From NCBI GenBank assembly GCA_030390025.1, contig CM059430.1, positions 74,772,001 through 74,836,000 on the forward strand: a stretch of 64,000 nucleotides of DNA. The letters are read 5' to 3'. Below, one piece after another: positions 40,401 to 52,019 of the stretch. Positions within the stretch are counted from its first letter, which is position 1. Each line of letters begins with the position of its first letter. Below the pieces are notes generated by a model. It did no database searches. It was not told where the DNA came from and was given only the letters and a program-made list of their open reading frames with translations. This stretch comes from Squalus acanthias (lineage: Eukaryota). Position numbers and translations under genes: made by a program.

Positions 40401-41105
40401 TGTGACCATGTTTGATTTAAACCGTTGAGTTCTTTGCCTTCTACTTTTGTTTTTCTGCTTCCTGTCTTTAGCTTTTATCCTTGTTTCCCTTTCCTCTGTC
40501 TCCCTGCTCAGGTTCCCAACCCCCTGCCACTTTAGTTTAAACCCTCCGCAACAGCACTAGCAAACACCCCCTTGGACATCGGTCCTGGCCCTGCCCAGCT
40601 GCAGACCGTCCCGTTTGTACTGGTCCAACATTCCCCAGCTCCGGTTACAATGTCCAAGGATTTTGAATCCCTCCCCCTTGCACCATTCCTCGAGCCACGT
40701 ATTCATTTGAAATATCCTCCTATTTCTACTCTGACTAGCACGTGGCACTGGTAGCAATCCTGAGATTACTACCTTTGAGGTCCTCTTTTTTAATTTACCT
40801 CCTAACTCCCTATATTCTGCTTTTACGACCTCATCCCGTTTTTTACCTATATTGTTGATGCCTATGTGCACCAAGAAAACTGGCTGCACGTCCTCCCCCT
40901 CAAAAATGTTCTGTAGACGCTCCGAGACGTCCTTGACCCTTGCACCAGGGAGGCAACACACCATCCTGGAGTCTCTATTGCGTCCGCAGAAACGCCTATC
41001 TATTCCCCTTACAATTGAATCCCCTATCACTATTGGTCTTCCACACTTTTTCCTCCCAGCCTGTAGAGCAGAGTCACCCATGGTGCCAGGAAGTTGGCTG
41101 CTGCC
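37452..41105 (-). mobile_element. Best-preserved CR1 LINE in the window (ORF1 esterase, broken endonuclease, open RT)
   Basis: ORF1 VIGDSIVRG...VHIGINN (SGNH esterase-like); endonuclease fragments GVTETWL and GQSDHN; 508-aa open RT frame. Confidence 0.96.
37550..39076 (-). pseudogene. CR1 ORF2 reverse transcriptase domain (508-aa open frame, element-derived)
   Basis: NYRPVSLTS, QHGF, LDFQKAFDKVPH, GVPQGSVLGP, FADDTKL. The upstream endonuclease region is frameshifted, so the element is not autonomous. Confidence 0.93.
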
Positions 41106-41594
41106 ATGTTTTAATTTACTACGTTGCCTATTCTTAAGTCTTAATTAAATTGCAGATCTAGAGTTTAGTTTCTTGTCTAGGTTAAAATGAAACAATGATT
41201 ACAGTGGTGAGCTGAAGTTTTTATGAAGTATCATCCAGTCTTCTAGCGGTCTGGAGGTTTGCAATGTAGGATGTATCTCATTGCGAGTGAAAGACCACAG
41301 AAATTCAACTTTCATTAAGATTTTCCGAATAAAACTTTTAAAAAGTTTTAAACTCCATTATGATCATTGAAAATGATAATACATTAAATAATAAATTCAG
41401 GCATAGAATCGAAAGTGATCTTTAGCATATTGCTTCGTGCTGTCCATTGGACAGGAAACATCTCTTAATGCCATCTCTTAAGTTTGAACTGAGTAATCAA
41501 TCATCTTTGCCCGAAAGATGCTCTTGATTTTTGTAACGTTTTGGTATTAAAATTGAAGATTTTAACCGCAAACGAAATTGGTTATTTTTTTTAC

Positions 41595-41710
41595 CTTTTA
41601 AGCTGTCCTTTGAATTGCGCCGCTTCCAATAATGATTATCACCAGTAGGAATAACAGTACACTCCCTGTCTAGCCAGAAATTAATACGTAGTTGGCGATA
41701 TGGTCAGTGC
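41595..41710 (-). pseudogene. Gene B transmembrane exon GTDHIANYVLISG*TGSVLLFLLVIIIIG...
   Basis: Acceptor TCTTACAG, donor AAAG|GTAAAA, uncharged hydrophobic run. A shifted frame after the TM reads KRRNSKDSLK, which looks like a stop-transfer segment and suggests a 1-nt deletion. Confidence 0.75.
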
Positions 41711-42545
41711 CTGTAAGATAACATTCACATACGAGACTGTATAGCTCAGCAACTGCTATCAAATCACATCTTAATTATAGTTATTCGATCAAGATTATTC
41801 AAGTTTATTATATCCAGAATAAAACCCCACAGGCCCTCATTTTATGGATGTTGTTGTTGAAGCACATATTTTCAGAGCGGAACGCAGTATAGATACATTG
41901 TGTAATGTTTCAAATTAAATTGGGTGGCTTGTGGCCTTTTTACAATGCGACATCATATCACTCTGTATTAAACAGATAAGTCAAATTATGGCAGAAAATA
42001 CAATCTCTTCAGCACTGGGACAGATATGTTGCAGTTCCTTAATAAATAATAGAAAGGAACTCTCAGATATTCAAGGCACATGGTCTTGTTTATGTGCGTT
42101 TTCCATCAGAGAGCTGGAATTTGAAAATCGATGGCCTAAGACTGATTGCCGATGTTAACAACTGCTGAACTATTATATCCTATACATATTATACACGGTT
42201 TTCAGTGACAATGTTATTTCACGTTAAGGAGCTATAAACTTAGTAAATCGGGCGTTTGATTAAATAATCATGTTTCGCTCAGACACTAAAGTTTGAAATA
42301 TAAACAGAACTATGTACGTATCACGGGAGAGCAACTGATTGTGTAGGATATCAAATCGACGGAAGGATGCGGCGCACCAAGCGTAAAGCTAGCTATGGGC
42401 ACCGAAGCTGAATGAACGTTGATTTATTGGGATGTCGGCAGTTTCTATAAAATTGGTATTATAATTCAAAACGAGATGTTTCTCATGATCTCAAAAGTAT
42501 GCTCATCAATTTGACCAGAGATGGTAAAGAAATGAACACGTTTAC

Positions 42546-42860
42546 CTCTGTAAGATTCAGTAAACTTGTGGATCACTATGGCTGGAGTCCGGAGAGAGAC
42601 ATGCGATACCAGACACGTATAAACAATCACGCCTCGGACTAGTTGTTGCTCTTGCACAAAGCTAGAAGCTTCATACTCCCACTCCTGTCTATTGCGCCGT
42701 TTGATGGTGTTAATGCCAGTTGTAGTTTCGATACCATTTTTATACCAAGTGACGGTGAGATCCTCCGGATAAAATCCTGCTGTTTTACACACGAGAGTCC
42801 GAGGTGCAGAATCATCTTTTCGACTTTCCACTGAGAGGATTTTTAATGGAGTCGGCGCGG
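42546..42860 (-). pseudogene. Gene B C1-set Ig domain exon (open frame)
   Basis: Acceptor TTTGCAG, donor AGAG|GTAAAC. Encodes AAPTPLKIL...LVCKTAGFYPEDLTVTWYKNG...YEASS...YTCLVSHVSLRTP. Confidence 0.92.
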
Positions 42861-43626
42861 CTGCAAAGCAGAAAATGTAGCAAAATAATGTTACTCGGCT
42901 CCTTTAGTTGATTTAAAAACAATCTTGCTTTGTGTTCATTGCTTCACTTGGACCGTAGCGAACAACGCGACGTGTTTTTTTTTAAGTTTCCCATCTCAAA
43001 AACTGATATTACCTTCTCGTTTTATCATGGGTCGATGCGCATTGCTTTCTCTGTGTCAGTGCACGGCTCTAACTCCTGAAATTATGAGCACAATTAAACG
43101 TGATCGAACTGAAAGAGCTGTTTATGAATACTTGCTGCTTATTAGAAACCATTAAATAAATCCACCAGCACATTTGTTCTTCTTCAGAGCCGAAGGATAC
43201 GTGCGTGATTGCGGTGAGAATCTCGCTAACGCAAAAACAACGCGCAAGAGCTACGCAAAAAATCCTTCTATTAAAATTAATGGACTGATATTCCTGAGCA
43301 CTCGCGATTCTGTGAGAAAACAGATGGTTTCTCAGTCGACAATTACCTTTCAATTCCACTGCTAATCTTTACAACACCCCATTAAATAACTTTCCGTTCG
43401 TTTATATTGTGTGTGTCCATAATTTATGGAGTAAAGTTGACATCGAAGCTGAAACATCTTTCAGGCTGAAAATATATTCCATACAGCTTCAGTCTGCTTC
43501 TAAACATTGTTCGGATATATATATCTGTGTATTATTTAACAACTACATAAACCATGACAAATATGCGATGCATTTTATATTAAGGTACAATTGCAGCGGT
43601 CTCTTTTTCTCCGTGATCACACTTAC

Positions 43627-43947
43627 CACATACGGTTAAATGTGAACCACTTCCATTGTCACTTCTTCTTCCCTGACGGATGACTGTGCAGTAATAGACC
43701 CCCGAATCCTTAAAACTCACATTCAGCAGTTGGAAAACGCCAGCTCCTTTATTTTGGAGAGATAATCGCTTTCTGTTATCTGGCTTTGTGTGCAGGTATT
43801 GCTTCTCACCATCTCTCCATCAATATACGTTTGCATGTGAGTTGTCCCGAGAGAAGGGAAATGTGCAATAGAAGCTGGCGTTCGAACCTCTGATCGCAAT
43901 CAACCTTAAGGGGGCTTGAGACACACTGAGCGAAGTATCGGTGTCTG
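43627..43947 (-). pseudogene. Gene B VJ-type Ig exon with stop codon (missed by the ORF track)
   Basis: Manual translation: ADTDTSLSVSQAPLRLIAIRGSNASFYCTFPFSRDNSHANVY*WRDGEKQYLHTKPDNRKRLSLQNKGAGVFQLLNVSFKDSGVYYCTVIRQGRRSDNGSGSHLTVC. Acceptor TAG|CAG (NAGNAG), donor G|GTAAGT. Confidence 0.9.
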
Positions 43948-44091
43948 CTATCGGAAATAAATCAAACACGGATTAATCGTATTACCTCTGGGAGGGGATA
44001 AAACAGTATGAAACAAAATATTTTATAGAAATGAAAGCTAACTTCCACATACTGTATATGGAAGGGATTCGAGTACAGAATACATACTTAC

Positions 44092-44146
44092 CAGTGCAGA
44101 TAATCCGCAGCAGAAAGACGGACTGAAGCACAACAATCGCCAACAT
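44092..44146 (-). pseudogene. Gene B leader exon MLAIVVLQSVFLLRIICT
   Basis: ATG at 44146, 55 nt, consensus phase-1 donor G|GTAAGT. Confidence 0.85.
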
Positions 44147-44213
44147 TCTGAGAAAAATCTCAAATTGCTCAATGCTGCGCGCAACAATGAGATTGCTGCT
44201 TCGAAAGTAAGCC

Positions 44214-44240
44214 ATGCAAATGGTTGCGTCACAGTGACGT
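44214..44240 (-). promoter_or_regulatory. Octamer (ATTTGCAT) plus inverted CRE half-sites upstream of gene B
   Basis: ATGCAAAT on the plus strand at 44214-44221, about 68 nt 5' of the ATG, next to TGCGTCACAGTGACGTTGCA. Not exactly conserved in genes A or C. Confidence 0.3.
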
Positions 44241-45089
44241 TGCACATTATTGTCTTGTAGGTTCAGGAAACCTGGGGTATGAATTAGTTGAACTCAATGG
44301 AAAATAAAATCGTGTGGGTTGTAAAACGGGCTGTAGATTGACTATAGCCCGATTTGCGCTTCCTCCCCATATGTTTCTTGATTTGGGAAGAGAGGTGTGC
44401 ACTTAAACCGTCGCAGGTATCGCCAATGTTATTGAGAGTAGAAAAAAGTTACATTTACCCGAGACCTGCAGAAGATCAAATACGTAACCAACCATGACTT
44501 GTCGAACCAGGGTTGTATCATAATTTGGGAAACTGTTGGAAATGTGCTCACCTATGAAAATTGCCTCAAATTTATGGATCTAGGCTCAGTTTAGTAAGAC
44601 TATACTTCAAGTTACATGTTAGGGGAGTGCATTTTAGAGGATTGGGGCGACACCAGCCTCTGTGTAGCATATAATGAGGTCGATGATGAACCGCCTCGAT
44701 ACCCAATATCAAATTTGCATTCAATTATATCGAGTCCTTGCATGCCACTCCATCATTATAGTAAGGTGTTTTTAAATTTGACTAGACATAGCAATCAAAG
44801 CAAGGCATTCCGTATATGTTTACAGTTGATCTAACACGTGCATGTCATCCAAGCGTGTTTACAAAAAGCAGACGTAGAATATTCGATATTATTAATTGTA
44901 GAAACTTATTTCTCTTTGAAAATGTTGAATAATGTCCACCAGTGCCGCTACACAAAGCATTGACGGATCTGCTGTTGCTGTTGTCTTCAGCATCCCACTA
45001 ATCGCAATCTAATCAAGGGCTTCTCTGCAACCAGCACTTGATACTCAAACACATTTAAAAAAAAAGTTCTACTTTTCTTCCGACCACAC

Positions 45090-45860
45090 ATTGGGAACTA
45101 TTTTGCGGCAGAATTGACGGTGAGGCGAACAGCGCTCACCGTTATTAAGGTGTAAATTAAACAGCAACTTTCAGAACCGCACATGCGAAGTTAAATGCGT
45201 AAATCAGGAAGTTGCTGCCAAGATGCCCTGCACCTCCAAAACCTGCGCGAGAATCGTATTTCCCCGAGAGGCTCACCTTTCAAATATATTGAACGGAGTG
45301 AATTTGCTGTGCTTAGCTCATAGTTGCACACTAAATTCGCCAGAAGAAGTTAGGGCACATCGATTCCAAGCTAAGTATATTTTAACCGGTGTGATCAGAC
45401 TTAATTAATGCCAAAAGCACAACTCTGGCAATGAAAATTAACCTTAACATTTGTGGAGTCTCCTCCCTTCAGATTTTAATTGTTGTTAGAGATTTAAAGA
45501 AATAAGAAACTATTTTTTTAACATTTTGTTTCTGTCTGTTTTATCTCTCTCCCTTAATGTAATGCTTCTTTCATTCTCCTTTACTTAGCTTTCTGTACCT
45601 GATTTGACATTGAAATACATATGGTTACTGACACTTTCTAGTTCACACTCTGGATTGCTCATTAAGGATTCTTCAATCTAATTGGTTAAGGAAATACAGT
45701 CGCTTGCCCTGTTGACATCGGTCCCAGATACACTGTAGAGGGCGTTGCACTTTGTTTTAAAGCTGGCTAACCGGAACTTTCAGTGGAAAAGCCCTTAAGA
45801 TGTCTATGGGCAAAAGCACGTTTAACCAACGTGTGTCTCGTCTGCCTTTCCATGTAATTT
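45090..45860. mobile_element. Related MITE-like element, more diverged
   Basis: Subterminal hairpin ACGGTGAGGC-GAACAGC-GCTCACCGT, GC-rich arms and AT-rich centre; termini degenerate. Confidence 0.35.
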
Positions 45861-46306
45861 TGGTAAGCTTAAAAGACCCATGACACTATTCGAAGTAAAA
45901 CAGAGATTTCTCCATTGGACCTAGTCAACATTCCTTCTTTGAGAAATAGAATAATTTATCGTTTGTGACATTTCCTGTTTGTGGGTTCTCGCTTTGTGCA
46001 ACTTCAATGCCGCGTTTACTCATACAACAATGCTCTCTAACTTCAAAAAAGAATCAATAATTCACCGGGTTAAGTGTAAAGTCCTTTTATAAATACAAGT
46101 TCTGTTTTACGTTCGAACAGAAAGATACCACACAGAATGTCCCGAAAACATTACTTCCAGACACAACACATGTCTGATATCAAGCAAGCGCCTCACCTAA
46201 TGTTTTGATTAACTAGCCCTCAATATTTTTACAATAATGAATGCAATAGCCGTATGATTAGCTGGATTTTTTTATTATTAAATTGTTCCATTGATAAAAA
46301 GACAGT

Positions 46307-46840
46307 GGACCGTATTTTCCGATCCTTGCGGGTGTGTACGAGTTGTGTACACACCCGTAGGGACCTCGCAAGTGCCAGTTTCAGGTATGCCAAGCGCATT
46401 TGCTGAAAACCGGCACTTCCGATCTGTCAAGAATTCTGTTGACAGATCGCACGTCTGCCCTGGAGAAGGGTCTCTGCGGGTGGAGTCTTCAGCTTTCTGC
46501 AGAACCTCCGCCCGCAAAAATCCCTTAAAAATCTTACGCTTGGTAAAAGCAGTTTTAAGTCTTGCTTTTAGCAGCATAAGAGTTTAAAAACTCTAGGTCT
46601 ACCTGTCAAAAGTATGAAGGGGGATTCCAGTCCCCCATTGGTTCTCCATGGCCCACGTGATCCCAGGGACACTTGCGAACCGCATGCGCCCCTGGGATAC
46701 CTGGGTGCTGTGCATTTCGTAGAACAGAGGCCCAGGAGCGTTAGAGTCCGTACCTCGGGAGCCCTCAGGTAAGATCGTAGATTTTTTTCCAGATCGGAGG
46801 CATCCGCACGCAGGATGGCTTCGATCGGAAATTACGGGCA
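46307..46840 (+). mobile_element. Non-autonomous TIR element, copy C (AT-rich centre missing)
   Basis: TIRs GGACCGTATTTTCCGATC / GATCGGAAATTACGGGCA; hairpins at 46329-46357 and 46421-46448; colinear with copy A. Confidence 0.72.
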
Positions 46841-47189
46841 AGTAATTTCTAAATTCCCACCTTGCTATATGTGTGCACCACAGTGCTCTTACAATTACTG
46901 CCTTTAGTGTTTCAGGTGCCCTCTCTTCATCTTTAATCCCAATCCACCCTTATTAGGCCGTAATTTGCACAACATAAATTCTGTCCATGTGTTATTTGGC
47001 GGAGGAGGAGCAAAATGGGGATCTTTTATTTCTAGTTGCAGTGGACTAAATTAATATTATTCTAAAATGACAAAGTGCTTTGATTTACTCACTGTTGCTC
47101 CTTAACTCTTAGTTCTTTCACTCCGATCAATTTTGTTTCATTTCCTCTTATCCTTTGGCCCCTGTAGCCCGCAGTTATCACATCTAATA

Positions 47190-48845
47190 ACGTAATAAAA
47201 AGGAGCAGTAGCTGGCCATTCGGCCCGTCGAACCTGCTCCGCAATTCAATAAGATCATTGTTGAACTTCGATCTCTACTTCACCTTCCCACACTATCCTC
47301 ATATGCCTTGGTTCCGTTAGCATTCAAAGATCTATCGATCTTTGTCTTGAATATACTCAACGACTGATCGTGCACAGCTCTATGGGGTAGATAATTCCAA
47401 AGATTCACTGATATTTGAGTGAAGAAATTTGACCTCATAACAGTCCTAAATGGCCGACCCCTTATTAGGCGACTGTGCACCCCAATTCTAGACTCTACAG
47501 CCAGGGGAAACATCCTCCCATCATCTACCCTGTCAAGCTCAGTAAGAATTGTACCTGCTTCAATGAGATCACCTCTCATTCTTCTAAGCTCGATGAAATA
47601 TAAGCATAGTCTACTCAATCTCTCGTCACAGGATATTCCCCTCATCCTAGGAATCAGTCTAGAGTAGCTTCGCTGCACGCCCTCTAAGCCAAGTATATGA
47701 TTCCTTTGGTAATGAGTCCAAAACTGCACACAGCACTCCAGATGTAGTATCACCCAGGCCCTATATAATTGTAATAAGACTTCCTTACTCCTATTGTCCA
47801 ACCATTTTGTAAAACCGTTAACAAACTATTTGCTTTCCTAATTGCTTGCTGTACCTGCTAACGTTCTATTATTCGTCTACAAGGACACTCAGCTCCCTCC
47901 GAATACTAGCATTTCCAAATCTCTCGCCATTTAAAAATATTATGCATTCCAATTTTTGCTTCTAAAGTGGATAACTTCACACTTTTCCACGTTATATTCC
48001 ATCTGTCATTTTCTTGCCCACCTACGTAACCTGTATATATCCCTTTGCAGTCTCTTTGTGTCCACCTCACAGATTATTTTCCCACATAACTTTGTATCGT
48101 CATCAAACTTGGAAACATTGCACTCGGTTCGCTCATCTAAGACATTGATATAGATTGTAAATGGCTGAGGCCCAAGCACCGATTATTGCGTTATCCCAAT
48201 AGTTAAAGCCTTCCAACTGTAAAATGGCCCGTGTATTACTGCTATCTGTTTTCTATCGGTTATCCAATTCTCAATACGTGCTATTATATTACCCCAATCC
48301 CATCCCTATATATCCTTGTTTTATTTATTTCATTATTTAATTTAAATTAAGTTAAAATAAGGGGCTCCTTTTTAAGCTCCTCGTATTCATCTCTTATACA
48401 CTGCTCTGCGACTTGTTTATTTGTTTATTAGCGCCTTTATTTTATTATTTACTTAAGTCTTATTTATTATTTATATATATCACATTTTCATTTAATCAAA
48501 GATCTTTAACGTTAGTATCCTCTATTTAGTAAATTTTAATTGGATCCATCTAGATCTGATTATTTAATTAAAAACTAAACGTAATTCAAACCTCAATTAT
48601 ACACCTGACTTAGTTGTAACATAAATTAATCTCCGCTGCAGTTCGTCGGTCTCCATTACTCTTTTGACGGCACTTTTACAGATTCAGATGCTCTCCACTC
48701 CTCTAGCACTTTATGGCCTCGGGCCTCGGCTCCTCTAGTAATTTACGGCCTCTCAGGTCCACTCCTCCCGCACTTTATAACTTTTGTTCTACGCTTCTCT
48801 TGCACTTTATCGCCTCTCAGGTGCGCTCCTCTCGCGCTTTATGCC
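47190..48845 (-). mobile_element. CR1 3' RT fragment abutting a CR1-type 5' UTR
   Basis: LLQLYRAW...CVQFW...RMRGDLIE. From about 48300 an AT-rich block plus tandem units homologous to 7440-7885. Confidence 0.8.
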
Positions 48846-49434
48846 CTAACACACACAAATGTATATGCTTGCTGATTATTCATACGTTTTGTATTTATGG
48901 ATAAATGTAACGTTTCTGGCTTTTCCTGTTTTCAGTTCGTTGATGGACTTCTTTTTCGTTTCCATTTTTTTGACACCATTAGTAACTGGGGGACTAAATA
49001 CCGGAAATAAGGTGGGGAACTAAAAATAAATGTCAACCTCAATACAAAACCGAAGGCACGATAATATTTTTCGGATGAGACCTTCAACTGAAGTACATTC
49101 TGCTTTTTCAGGTGGATGAGAATGATCTCTATTGGAAGAATAGCACTGGATTTTCCCGGGGTCCTTGTTAACTTTTATCCCACAAACAACAACAAAACTG
49201 TACATTTATCGCATTTGCTGTTGGTAGCAATTTGCTATACGCTGATTGTCTGTTTTGCCTAACCATTTCGTGATTGCACTTCAAAACGAATTCATTATGG
49301 CGAAGCACTTTAGGATGCCCTAAGGAGCATGGCACAGATCTTTGAGACAAAGCTGGACGATTGTAGTCGGAACTGATCGCAAACAGAGTGGAAGCTGAGA
49401 ATTTGGTGATAGTAGACATTCGGTGGAGAGAAAT

Positions 49435-51755
49435 AATCATAGAATGAATACAGCACGGAAGAAGGCCATTCGACACGTCGAGCCCGTGCCGACTCTCAGC
49501 TAGACCAACTCCCCCGCCCTTTCCCCTTAGCCACGCATTACTTTTCCTTCAAATACTTATCCAACTCCCTTTTGAAATATGAGATTGAGTCTGCCTCCAC
49601 CACCCTGTCAGGCGGAGCATTCCAGATCTTAACCATTCGCTGCGTAAAAAAGTACTTTCTTACGTCGCCTTTGCTCCGTTTGACAATCACCTTACTCTGT
49701 GTCTTCTAGTTCACGATCTTTCTGCTAATGGGAACAGTTTCCCTTTATCTACTCTGTCCAGACTTCTCATGAATTTGAAGACCACTACCAAATCTCCTCT
49801 CAATCTTCTCTGCTCCAAGGAGAACAACCCCAGCTTCTACAGTCTATCTACGTAACTGAAGTCCCTCATTCCTGGAATCATTCTCGTAAATCTTGTCTGC
49901 ACCTTCTCTAAGGCCTTCACATCCTTCGTAAAGTGTGGTGCCCAGAATTGAACACAGTACTCCATTTGGGGCAGAACCAGTGTTTTATACAGGTTCATCA
50001 TAATTGAAAAACACTTTTGTACTCTATATCTCAATTTATGAAGCCCAGGATTCCGTAAGCCACTTTAAGTGCTTTCTCAAACTGCCCTGCCACCTTCAAC
50101 GATTTGTGCTCACATGCCCCGAGATCTCTCTTTTCGTGCACCACTTTTAGGATTGTACCATTTAATTTATATGTCCTCTCCCCATTCTTTCAACCAAAAT
50201 GTATCACTTCAGATTTTTCTGCATAAAATTTCATCTGCCACATGTCTGCCCATTTCACCAGCCGGTCTATGTCTTCGTGACGTCTCTCACTCTCATCCTC
50301 ACTTTTCACTTCCAAGTTTTGTTTCATCTGCAAATTTTGAAATTGTGCCTTGTGCACTCACATCCAAGTCATTAATATATATCAGGAAAGGCAGTGGTCC
50401 TAGAACCGACCCCTGGGGAAAACCACTGTATACCTTCCTCCATTCCGAAAAAACAAACGCTCACCAATACTCTCTGTATTCTGTCACTAAGCCATTTACT
50501 TATCGATGCTGCCACTGCCCCATTTATTCCATGGGCTTCAGCTTTTCTGGCAATACTATTATGTGGCACTTTGTCGAACGCCTTTTGGAAATTCATGTGC
50601 ACTACGTTAACAGCATTAAACTCATTAACCCTCTCGTTACCACATCAAAATTCTCGAGAAAGTTGGTTAAACAGGATTTGCCTTTAACAAATCCGTGCTG
50701 ACTTTCTTTCATTAATCCACAACAATCCAAGTGACTGTCAATGTTGTGCCTGATAACTGTTTCGAAAAGCTTCTTCACTACCCAGGTTAAACTGAATGGC
50801 CTGTCTTTGCTGGGTTTATCTTTACAATCCTTATTGAACAATGGTGTAACTAATGCAATTCTCCAGTCTTCTGGCACAATACCTGTATCTATGTAGGATT
50901 GGAATATAATGGCCAGTACCTCCGCCATTTCCGCTCTCAGTTCCCTCAGCATCCGAGGATGCATCCCATCCGCTCCTGTTGATTTATCTAGTTTTAGTAC
51001 AGTCAACTTTCTAATACCGCTTCTTTATCAATTTATATCCTATCAAGTGTCTCCACTACCTCCTCCTTCATTATGTCTATGGCAGAACCGTCTTCCTTGG
51101 TGAAGACAAATGCAAAGTACTCGTTTAGTAATTCAGCCATACCCTCTGCCTCCATGCATAGATCTCCTTTTTGGTCCCTAATCGGCCTCAACTATCACTA
51201 TGTATATGCCTATAAAAGACATTTGGATAATCTTGTATGTTGGCTGCCATTCCATTGTTATACCCTCTCTTTGCCACTCTTATTTTCTTTTTCACTTCTC
51301 CTTTGACATGTCTATATATAGCCTGAATCTCAGATGTATTTCCAATCTGACATCTGTCATATCTATCATATGCGCTCTTTTTATGCTCAAACATATTCTC
51401 CATCTCTTTCGTCATCCAGGGAGCCCTGACTTTAGTTGCACTGCATTTCCACGTAATAGTACTGTACCTCAACTGTATCTGAACTATTTCCTCTTTAAAG
51501 GCAGCCCATTGTTCCGTTACAGATTTGCCTGCCGATCTTTGATTCCACTTTACCCGCCCCAGATCCGTTCTCATCCCACTGAAATTGGCATTACCCCAGT
51601 TAAATATTTTTACTCCAGAATGCTCCTTGTCCTTTTCCATAGCTAATCTAAACCTTATGATACTATGATTACTGTTCTCTAAATGTTAACCTACTGACAC
51701 TTGCTCCACTTAACCGACCACATTCCCCAGAACCAGACCGAGCACTGCCATTTCC
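49435..51755 (-). mobile_element. Decayed CR1 ORF2
   Basis: MEYCVQFWAPHF, NFQKAFDKVPH, QHGFVKGKSCLTN. Confidence 0.92.
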
Positions 51756-52019
51756 CTCACGCCAAACTCAAATGGATTGGAACCGCATAACCCGAAGATT
51801 CTCAAATATGTATCTGGGTTAAGTATCTAGATATCTAATATGCTGGTTGTTTGAGTTTAGTATCACAGTGGTTCTTTTTAAGCTTGAGTTAATAATCTAA
51901 TCTAAGCTTAGTTCGCGTTGAATTGTGAATAGGAAAATAGCAGCGTAGTTTATATCTAGTTAACAGCAATTAGATAAATAATCACCTCACATCTAAGTAG
52001 TTCATTTTAAGTTTCCATT

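Larger units (their letters stand above)
41595..44146 (-). pseudogene. IgSF receptor gene B: leader - VJ - C1 - uncharged TM, further cytoplasmic exon(s) expected; inactivated
   Basis: Exons: leader 44092-44146, V 43627-43947, C1 42546-42860, TM 41595-41710. TGA at 43820-43822 replaces the canonical V-domain Trp; TAG at 41670-41672 lies in the TM exon; probable 1-nt deletion after the TM. Confidence 0.88.

Noticed and set aside
44230-44270. CACAGTG heptamer near the gene B leader (possible RSS)
   Set aside because: No ACAAAAACC-like nonamer at 12- or 23-bp spacing, and it lies upstream of the leader rather than flanking a V or J segment.
50069-50701. 210-aa plus-strand ORF and the many other 60-150 aa ORFs
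   Set aside because: These are antisense or off-frame shadows of CR1/L2 sequence or chance ORFs, with no recognisable domain or splice structure.
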